Shown in pieces: positions 56,916 to 64,000 of a stretch of 64,000 bases of DNA. The notes beneath the pieces are model-generated. The model was not told the origin of the DNA. It ran no database searches and worked only from the letters and a program-made list of their open reading frames with translations. Position 1 is the stretch's first letter; each line of letters begins with the position of its first letter. Source of the stretch: Acidimicrobiia bacterium (lineage in GTDB: Bacteria > Actinomycetota > Acidimicrobiia > Spongiisociales > ZC4RG35); the NCBI GenBank assembly GCA_965220995.1, contig CBDCRL010000001.1, forward strand, positions 66,623 through 130,622, given 5' to 3'. Made by a program: the position numbers and the translations under genes.

Positions 56916-58106
56916 TCAGGCCCCTCCTGCCGCTCCTGCCACCTTTCTGATGTCCGTCTTGCTTGTGGCGCGGCGTGGCATCCAACTGATCGCCTTCTTG
57001 AATCCCTCGTTCAGCAGGAAAAAGGTCGTGAGAGAATAGACGGCGACGACGAACGCCACTATCAATAGCCTCGCGGTGTTGGTTTCCTGCACCGCCCGTT
57101 CGGCCAGGTACCCCAGCCCGGAGGGGAAACCCAGGAACTCGGCCACGATCACCAGCGACCAACTCCCGCCCATGGCGAGCAGCAGAGCGGTGCGCAATTC
57201 CGGAATCGACCCGGGCACTATCACTTTGTAATAGGTGTGTAAGCGGGAGGCGCCCAGGGTACGGGCGCTTTCGATGTACCGGTCGGGCACGTTGGCAACC
57301 GCATTCATGGTGGCCACCACCAGGATCGTCCACACCCCGAAGGCTATGTAGATGGCGATACCAAAGAAGGTGGAGCCCACCACCAACCGCAACCAGGGCG
57401 CCGCCACCAGGAGGGGGATCATCCGCAGAAAGTTCATGGGCGCCCACGCGGTTTTGCGCACCGCCGACCAGTAGGGAAGGGCCAGACCGGTCAGTAGACC
57501 GAGCGTGAGACCGATCACCATGCCACACAGCAGCCTGACAAAGGTGGCGGCGGAGTGATAAGTGAACGCCAGGAATACGGCCGGCCAGGTCGCCTCACCA
57601 CGAAAGATGGGAAGAGGCGCCAGCCCCTCGAGATTGAGGGTCACAAACCCAAGGTCAAACCCGCGGACGGTCCAGAATCTGGACATTCCGAACAACGTGT
57701 CACCGAACACGTAGTCCCATCCGGGAACCAGGGGATGCTCGAGAGTTCCGTGAGGCACAACATAGGACGCCACCTGCCAGGCCACGAGCAACACCACCCA
57801 GGAAATGAAAAAGAGCGGGTTACGGCGCATGCCGGCCCAGAGCATGGGCGGCCCCGCCGCTATCCCCCGCCCCGCCTTCACCAGACAGTCCCTGACCCGA
57901 CTGGTGCGGAACACGACCGGCCAGGCCCAGAACAGCACCAAGCCGGACACGATTAATGACCACGTGACGTTGATCACACCGTCGGCCTGTGTCCAGGTAA
58001 CGAAGGGAAGGCCTTCAGGCGCCTGAATCAGCATCCAGGTAATCAGGACAGCCCAGGTCACCCATCCAATCCAATAGAGGCTTCGGAAACGGGCAAGCCG
58101 ATTCAC
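56916..58106 (-). CDS. ABC transporter permease (SsuC/TauC-like) with an extended N-terminus
   Basis: EAA loop IESARTLGAS..HTY.KVIVPGSIP, IVAEFLG..SGLG and multiple TM helices. Confidence 0.85.
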   Translation of the reverse strand: MNRLARFRSLYWIGWVTWAVLITWMLIQAPEGLPFVTWTQADGVINVTWSLIVSGLVLFWAWPVVFRTSRVRDCLVKAGRGIAAGPPMLWAGMRRNPLFFISWVVLLVAWQVASYVVPHGTLEHPLVPGWDYVFGDTLFGMSRFWTVRGFDLGFVTLNLEGLAPLPIFRGEATWPAVFLAFTYHSAATFVRLLCGMVIGLTLGLLTGLALPYWSAVRKTAWAPMNFLRMIPLLVAAPWLRLVVGSTFFGIAIYIAFGVWTILVVATMNAVANVPDRYIESARTLGASRLHTYYKVIVPGSIPELRTALLLAMGGSWSLVIVAEFLGFPSGLGYLAERAVQETNTARLLIVAFVVAVYSLTTFFLLNEGFKKAISWMPRRATSKTDIRKVAGAAGGA

Positions 58107-58115
58107 ACTGTCCCC

Positions 58116-59066
58116 CTACAGACCCAGCCGGCGACCGGCCTCGGACCACTTGGTGAAGGAGCGTATCGCCAGAACCACAATCCCGTCGACCACCACCGCC
58201 AGCACGCCGAAGAAGAGAATCAGAGAGATCACCGCGGTCGGACCGTCCGGGAAACCCGTCCCGTAACTCCACATGCGGATCAGAAATCCGCCTCCCATCT
58301 GTGGTCCCAGCACCTCCACCAAAGTCCCCAAACCCCAGGCGCCTCCCAAAGCGATCCGAAAACCTCCGGCGATCTCCGGAATCGTTCCCCGCAGATAAAT
58401 CCATCTGAAAATAGTGCGGCGGTCGCCTCCCATGGTGAGGGCTGATTCAATGATCCCCACCGGTATGTTCTCGGCCGCCCGGCGACTGAAAAAATACATG
58501 AGCAGAGCGGTGTACAAGGCAACCACCCCGATGGTGGCCAGCAGGGGATTGTCGATCCCGAACCAGATCACGAAGAAGGGCGCGGCGATGAAAATCGGGG
58601 TGGTTCCGAAGAAACCGGCCACCGGGGTGACCACGTCGGCGATCCACGGCAGGAGCAGTGTGCTCAGCCCAACCGTCAAGCCGATCACCGTCCCCAGCGC
58701 AACTGCGATCAGAATATTGCGGATGGTCCACGCCAGGTGGAGAATGTACCCGAAACAGTGGTCGGGGAGACCGGACATCCTGCCCCTTTTGAACTCCAAC
58801 TCCGCCACTAGGTCCGGGCAGGCGTTAACAAACCGCTGCATCATCGGCTCACTGAAAAACAGGTTCTCCCAAAAATGGGTGACGGCGTCGAGCGGCGTGG
58901 GAATGAGAGAGAAAAGGGGCGAGAAGGGCGCGGCCGACAACTGCCAGAACAACAGAAAGAGCACCATCCCCACCACCAGGTGCATGAAGTGGGAGACTTG
59001 GCGGCGCCGTCTGTTGCGGCGCGCCGTCGCTCTTATTTCAAGAACATCGGTGGCTGTGGTGGTCAC
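58116..59066 (-). CDS. ABC transporter permease (SsuC/TauC-like)
   Basis: IESALTMGGDRRTIFRWIYLRGTIPEI. Start set at GTG 59066, since the longer ORF would overlap the tRNA. Confidence 0.85.
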   Translation of the reverse strand: MTTTATDVLEIRATARRNRRRRQVSHFMHLVVGMVLFLLFWQLSAAPFSPLFSLIPTPLDAVTHFWENLFFSEPMMQRFVNACPDLVAELEFKRGRMSGLPDHCFGYILHLAWTIRNILIAVALGTVIGLTVGLSTLLLPWIADVVTPVAGFFGTTPIFIAAPFFVIWFGIDNPLLATIGVVALYTALLMYFFSRRAAENIPVGIIESALTMGGDRRTIFRWIYLRGTIPEIAGGFRIALGGAWGLGTLVEVLGPQMGGGFLIRMWSYGTGFPDGPTAVISLILFFGVLAVVVDGIVVLAIRSFTKWSEAGRRLGL

Positions 59067-59150
59067 TGTACCTCTTTGTCGCCCTCGTAGCCTTGGGAGT
59101 GACAAGAAAACCCGATTAGGCCTCTGACCTGGGGCAACATGCCTCAACGG

Positions 59151-59234
59151 TGTCGGAGGAGGGACTTGAACCCTCACCCTCCTTGGAGGACTAGGCCCTC
59201 AACCTAGCGCGTCTGCCATTTCCGCCACTCCGAC
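59151..59234 (-). tRNA. tRNA-Leu (GAG)
   Basis: GTCGGAG/CTCCGAC acceptor stem, TGGCGGAAATGGCAGACGC D-arm, CTAGG-TTGAGGG-CCTAG anticodon arm, long variable arm and GGTTCAAGTCC. 3' end reads CCG, so CCA is not fully encoded. Confidence 0.96.
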
Positions 59235-59298
59235 CAGGGAAGGGAAGTATACCGCCGGGGGTCGGGTTCCGTTCTTGGTTCCGTTTATTCTGACCGGC

Positions 59299-60846
59299 AT
59301 GACCGACCCGAACTCCTCCCCGGGGAGAGCCGACCAAATCGACTGGGATGTGATAGTGGTCGGAGCCGGCCACAATGGCCTGACCGCCGCCGCCTATCTC
59401 GCCCGGGCGGGAAAGAAGGTGGTGGTGCTGGAACAGCGCGACCAGATCGGCGGGTCAACCGGGAGCGAACAGCCTTGGCCCGAAGTGACGATCTCCACCT
59501 GCTCCTATATGGTGGGTCTGCTTCACCCTCGCATCTGCGACGACCTGGACCTGCATCGCCGGGGTCTTCATCTCACCTACCCCGATCCGCAACTCTACGT
59601 TCCCATCGAACCGGGAATCGGGATCGTGGACTATCTGGATGAGGATCGAACCTGGTCGGAGATGAGGCGGTGGGCGGCGCCGGAGGATGTCAGGGGTTTC
59701 GCAGCCCTGGTCAAATACCTGAAGGGCATCCGCTCCAAGCTGCGTCCCAAAAACGACGATGACCTGTGGCTGCACGAAGCACCCACCCGGCAGATGATCG
59801 CCGATCGGGTGGGAAACGATTCACAAGTCATGCACACCTTGTTCGAGCAGTCTTTCGAGGAGTTGGTGGGCGGGTTCATCTCCGATCAGCGCATATTGGA
59901 CGCCATCGCGGCCAACGGGATTATCGGAACCAACGCTTCACCCCGGGATCGAGGCACCGCCTTTGTCAAATTCCACCATGCTTCGGGGGGATTGGCCGGA
60001 CCCTCGGCCATGACCTGGGCCTTTCCTCGAGGCGGGACTATCGGGGTGGCCCGGGCGATCGCGGACGCCGCCCAATCCCACGGCGCGCGGATCGTCACCG
60101 CCGCCCCGGTGATCGCCATCCTCCCCGGCCGGGGAGTGGAACTCGCCGACGGGAGGATCATCTCGGCCCCGATCGTGGCTTCCAGCGCCGACCCTCGACG
60201 CACCTTCGCCATGGTGGACGCCCGGATAACGGACGAGTTCAGGCACAAGGTGGACACCTGGCCCATGGTGGGGACGGTGGGCAAGGTCAATTTCGCCCTC
60301 ACCCGATTGCCGGTGATCAACGGATTTGCCCCCTCGGGGCAAGCCATGGTGGATATCGGAAGCGGGATGGAGCGGCTCCACCAATCTCATCGGGCGACCA
60401 CCCGCGGACAATTGGGTCCCATCTGGGCGGAACTCTATCCCCAGACCGCTCACGACTCCACCGTGGCTCCACGGGGCGTGGAGGTGCTGTCCTGTTTTGT
60501 GCAACACCTCCCCTATTCGTGGGCAGACGGCCGGAGTTGGGATCATCATCGCGAGCGGGTCGGAGGGCGGGTGATCTCCATGATCGAAGAGTGGTCACCC
60601 GGGTTTTCGGACACCATCTTGCACTGCGAGGTGGTGGGGCCGCCCGATATCGAAGCCAAGACCGGCCTCACCGGGGGGCACATCTTCCAAGGCGACCACC
60701 TGCCCCCGTACGCATGGGACAAACGCATGCCCTATCGCACCCCCGTGGAGGGGGTCTATCTGTGCGGTGCCTCCACCCATCCGGGCGGAAGCATCATCGC
60801 GGCCTGTGGCCGCAACGCGGCGCTTCGTATCCTGGCCGACACCTAG
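59299..60846 (+). CDS. Phytoene dehydrogenase-like NAD(P)/FAD-dependent oxidoreductase
   Basis: VVGAGHNGLTAAAYLA..G..V.VLE, IGGS, GLTGGHIFQG and YLCGASTHPGG. Confidence 0.9.
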   Translation: MTDPNSSPGRADQIDWDVIVVGAGHNGLTAAAYLARAGKKVVVLEQRDQIGGSTGSEQPWPEVTISTCSYMVGLLHPRICDDLDLHRRGLHLTYPDPQLYVPIEPGIGIVDYLDEDRTWSEMRRWAAPEDVRGFAALVKYLKGIRSKLRPKNDDDLWLHEAPTRQMIADRVGNDSQVMHTLFEQSFEELVGGFISDQRILDAIAANGIIGTNASPRDRGTAFVKFHHASGGLAGPSAMTWAFPRGGTIGVARAIADAAQSHGARIVTAAPVIAILPGRGVELADGRIISAPIVASSADPRRTFAMVDARITDEFRHKVDTWPMVGTVGKVNFALTRLPVINGFAPSGQAMVDIGSGMERLHQSHRATTRGQLGPIWAELYPQTAHDSTVAPRGVEVLSCFVQHLPYSWADGRSWDHHRERVGGRVISMIEEWSPGFSDTILHCEVVGPPDIEAKTGLTGGHIFQGDHLPPYAWDKRMPYRTPVEGVYLCGASTHPGGSIIAACGRNAALRILADT

Positions 60847-60892
60847 CCGTCGGCGGGGTCCCGGCCGACTCCTGAGAGCAGCCGAGGTTCGG

Positions 60893-62449
60893 TTATTCGC
60901 GGATCAGCGTGCGAGCCTGCTCCCGCAGGTACTGGCGCATGTACCAGGGGCCGCCGCTGCCCGCCCCCGAGGTGCCCGAACCCTTCCATCCACCGAACGG
61001 TTGGATGTCCGGCCAAGCGCCAGTGGTGGAACCTGCTCGGCGGTTGGCGTACACAACCCCGGCCTGGATGCGAGAGAAAAACCGGTCCACTTCCTCCTCC
61101 TCACCGGCGAAAACCCCGGCGGTCAGTCCGAAAACCGTGTCGTTGGCTTTGTCGATGCCCTCATCCAAAGAATCCACCGGGGTTACCGCCACGAACGGGA
61201 CGAACAACTCCTTCTCCCAGATCCACGTGTCCTGCGGAGCGGTCACCACCGTGGGCTGTACGAAGTTGCCTCGATCCAGGTCTCCTTCGGTGACCACTTC
61301 TCCACCGGAAAGGACCTCGCCTCCGGCTTCCCTGACCGCCTCCACCGCCGACCGGAACCGGTTGACCGCTTCCTGATCGATAACCGGCCCCAGGAAAATC
61401 TCCCGCCGCCGGGGGTCACCCAACTGGATTTCGTCGGTCTTTTGGGTGAGCAGATCCACAAATTCCTCGAAAGCGGGACGTTCCACATACACCCGTGAGT
61501 TGGCGGAACATTTTTGTCCCGACAATCCGAAGGCGGCGCGCATGACCCCTTCGGCGGCCAGGTCAAGATCGGCCGAAGCGGTCACCACCGCCGGATTCTT
61601 CCCACCCATCTCGCATACCACCGGCTTGGGGCGACTCTCGGCCACCGTCCGGTACAGATACATTCCCACGTCATAGGAACCGGTGAAGGTGACCCCGTCC
61701 ACCTGCCGGTGGTGGGCGAGTCGGTCACCTGCCTCATCGCCGCCCGTGATCACTTGCAGGGCCCCGGAAGGAAGACCGGCCCGGTAGAGAATGTCAGCCA
61801 ACAGCAAAGAGCCCAACGCTCCGGTGTTGGAGGGCTTCAGCACCACGGTGTTACCGGCCAGAAGGGCGGCGCTGGTTGGGCTGGCCACCAGCGCCATTGG
61901 GAAATTGAACGGAGAGATGATCGCCCACACTCCCCAGGGCCGCAGAACCGACCGGTTGACATCTCCCACGCCGTACTCTCCCATGGCGGTCTCAAACCCG
62001 CCCGCCTCTTCCAAGCGGTCGCAGTAGTAGTTGGCAAAGGCCACCGCCTCGGACACGTCTCCCAGCGCCTCCAACCTGGTTTTTCCGATCTCAAGGCTCA
62101 GGAACCCCGCCAGAGTAGGGGTCTCCTCCTCCATCATGTCGGTGGCCCGGCGGATTATCGCCACCCTGTCTTGCCAGGAGGTGGCCTCCCACTCCGGTTG
62201 AAATGCCCGGGCCACGGCCACCGCTTCATCCACATCATCGTCGGAAGCCTGGGAGTAAACCCCCACCACCAGATCGGAGTCGATCGGAGAGCGCTCCACG
62301 TATTGGTCGTCGGTGTATCGCTTTTCTCCCCCGATCAAGAGGGGATGAGTCTGCCCGATCTGTTCCGTGGCGGCGGCCAAACCCTCTTCATAGGCTTGGT
62401 GCAGAGCCGGATCGTCGGCCGACATGGTGGCGTAGGTGATCTTTCCCAT
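60893..62449 (-). CDS. Aldehyde dehydrogenase, P5C dehydrogenase-like
   Basis: ISPFNFP, FTGS, CEMGGKN, GQKCSA, ELFVP and QPFGGWKGSG. Confidence 0.9.
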   Translation of the reverse strand: MGKITYATMSADDPALHQAYEEGLAAATEQIGQTHPLLIGGEKRYTDDQYVERSPIDSDLVVGVYSQASDDDVDEAVAVARAFQPEWEATSWQDRVAIIRRATDMMEEETPTLAGFLSLEIGKTRLEALGDVSEAVAFANYYCDRLEEAGGFETAMGEYGVGDVNRSVLRPWGVWAIISPFNFPMALVASPTSAALLAGNTVVLKPSNTGALGSLLLADILYRAGLPSGALQVITGGDEAGDRLAHHRQVDGVTFTGSYDVGMYLYRTVAESRPKPVVCEMGGKNPAVVTASADLDLAAEGVMRAAFGLSGQKCSANSRVYVERPAFEEFVDLLTQKTDEIQLGDPRRREIFLGPVIDQEAVNRFRSAVEAVREAGGEVLSGGEVVTEGDLDRGNFVQPTVVTAPQDTWIWEKELFVPFVAVTPVDSLDEGIDKANDTVFGLTAGVFAGEEEEVDRFFSRIQAGVVYANRRAGSTTGAWPDIQPFGGWKGSGTSGAGSGGPWYMRQYLREQARTLIRE

Positions 62450-62534
62450 GGTTTCTATACCTTTTGCGCGAATTGCTGGAGGACAGTCCGGAATTTAGCA
62501 TGGGCAGGCGTGGCATTGATTTCGACTTGAGCTC

Positions 62535-63557
62535 ATGACGTTTATCCAACGCTTGCATGTGATCGACTCCCACACCGCCGGGGAACCGACCCGGGTGGTT
62601 ACCGACGGTTTCCCCCACTTGGAGGGGGCCACCCTGGCGCAGAAGGAGGCCGACCTGCTGGCCAACCACTGGGATCTGGCCAAGCTTTTGGTGGGTGAGC
62701 CCCGCGGTCACGCCCCGTGGCATGCCGTGCTGCCTCTTTCACCCTCCCACCCCGACGCCAACCTCTCCATCCTGATTCTCTCGTCTCTCGGCTCGCTCAC
62801 CATGTGCGGGCACGCCCTGATCGGTACGGTCACCACTTTGATCGAAACCGGCAGAATCCTACCTGCCACACCCGTCACCACGGTGGTGGTAGAGACCCTG
62901 AGCGGCCTGGTGAAAGCAGAGGCCGCGGTGGAGAACAGCAGGGTTCGATCCGTCACTTTTCGTGGTGTGCCCTCGTGGATCGCAGCCCGCGGCCTTCGGG
63001 TGGAGGTCGATGGACAGACCCTGGAGGTGGACCTCGGTTTCGGGGGAATCTGGTTTGCCCTGGTGAGAGTCGAACAGACCGGTTTGCCCATCAGGGTGGA
63101 AACGGTGCCCGCCCTGGTGGCGCTCAGCCATCGAATCCGCCGTCAGATCAATCGGATGCTCAAAGAACGCTCGGACTGGCCGCCGGGAACCCCCGGGAAC
63201 GTCGATCAACTGCTTTACTTCGGGCCTCCCGCCACTCCGGGCGCCCACGGACAGAACCTCGCCACCTCCACCGGCCTGGGTTTCGACCGTTCCCCCTGCG
63301 GAACCGGAAGCTGCGCCCGCATGGCCTGGCATTTCGAAAGGGGCGAACTTCGGGTGGGAGAGACATTCGTCCACGAAAGCGTGCTCAACACCACATTCAC
63401 CGGCGCGGTACAGGCCGAAACCGAGGTCTTGGGACGACCGGCCATCACCCCCACCATTACCGGCGCCGCTTATCTGACCGGATTCAACCAATTGGTGCTC
63501 GACCAGGACGACCCCCTGGGAGAAGGCATCTTCATCCCCGCCGCCGGCGACACCTGA
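62535..63557 (+). CDS. Proline racemase / hydroxyproline epimerase family protein (Cys/Cys type)
   Basis: DSHTAGEP, MCGH and DRSPCGTG; both catalytic cysteines are present. Confidence 0.92.
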   Translation: MTFIQRLHVIDSHTAGEPTRVVTDGFPHLEGATLAQKEADLLANHWDLAKLLVGEPRGHAPWHAVLPLSPSHPDANLSILILSSLGSLTMCGHALIGTVTTLIETGRILPATPVTTVVVETLSGLVKAEAAVENSRVRSVTFRGVPSWIAARGLRVEVDGQTLEVDLGFGGIWFALVRVEQTGLPIRVETVPALVALSHRIRRQINRMLKERSDWPPGTPGNVDQLLYFGPPATPGAHGQNLATSTGLGFDRSPCGTGSCARMAWHFERGELRVGETFVHESVLNTTFTGAVQAETEVLGRPAITPTITGAAYLTGFNQLVLDQDDPLGEGIFIPAAGDT

Positions 63558-63643
63558 CATAGCAGCAGGAAGGCCGGAACGGGACGATCATTACCCCGAG
63601 ACAAGGGTAAAATCAGGGGATTGTCCCGGAAAGGGTGGTGTAA

Positions 63644-63994
63644 ATGGGACTATTACAGATACATCCAGGTGAGAACGTACCTCTTTGGGTCGATGAAGCA
63701 CATGGGGTGGTCCGGATCCCCGGAACCCGTTTGAAACTGGAGACGGTGATTTGCGAGCATCACCGCGGTTCCAGTCCCCAGGAAATCGTCGAGGCGTTTG
63801 ACACTCTGTCGGTAGAAACGGTGCAGAGTATTTTGGAGTGGTATAGAGGGCGTCGCCAAGAGGTAGATGCCTACATGGTATGGAGCGATGAAAACGCAGA
63901 TCGCATTCGTGCCGACATCCAATCACGTATCGCAGAGTTCCGGGAACTCAAAGAAAAACCGAGCACGAGACCCGTACAGAGTCAACTCGCTTAG
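63644..63994 (+). CDS. DUF433 domain protein (putative antitoxin)
   Basis: RIPGTRLKLETVI...G.SPQEIVEAF..LS...V..IL.WY, followed by a helical tail. Confidence 0.82.
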   Translation: MGLLQIHPGENVPLWVDEAHGVVRIPGTRLKLETVICEHHRGSSPQEIVEAFDTLSVETVQSILEWYRGRRQEVDAYMVWSDENADRIRADIQSRIAEFRELKEKPSTRPVQSQLA

Positions 63995-64000
63995 GGGCCG

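Noticed and set aside
59140-59240. tRNA-Leu as an integration site of an island
   Set aside because: No duplicated 3' tRNA fragment and no integrase seen in the window.

Overview
High-GC window of an actinobacterial-type chromosome. This is inferred from mIHF, helicase-degenerate PriA and the efp-nusB-carAB-pyrF-mIHF-gmk-rpoZ-coaBC-metK-priA-def-fmt-rpe-rib gene order; it is not a database assignment. A core backbone (hemW-lepA-rpsT-holA, comEA/comEC, leuS, rib, aro, a tRNA-Leu) is interleaved with accessory DNA. Most notable: (1) an ~8.4 kb translationally coupled Tad/Flp pilus operon, with two large novel secreted proteins and pilins lacking a visible prepilin leader, sits inside the normally contiguous comEA-comEC-holA unit; (2) comEC is split by one of two near-identical 1410-bp ISL3 copies, and the other copy sits in the last codons of an alpha carbonic anhydrase gene; (3) a remodelled pyr region has an in-frame NusB-CarA fusion, no pyrR/B/C, and a PyrF lacking both catalytic lysines; (4) a ~230-nt multi-stem element lies between ribD and ribE, where an FMN riboswitch might be expected but no FMN consensus is seen; (5) there are toxin-stripped TA remnants, two Fic genes, an AbiL/RloAB-like ATPase-RloB pair, a PhoA-type 5'-nucleotidase-LysM fusion and proline-related catabolic genes. 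No CRISPR array or rRNA was seen. All calls come from reading the sequence and motifs by eye; no searches were run.
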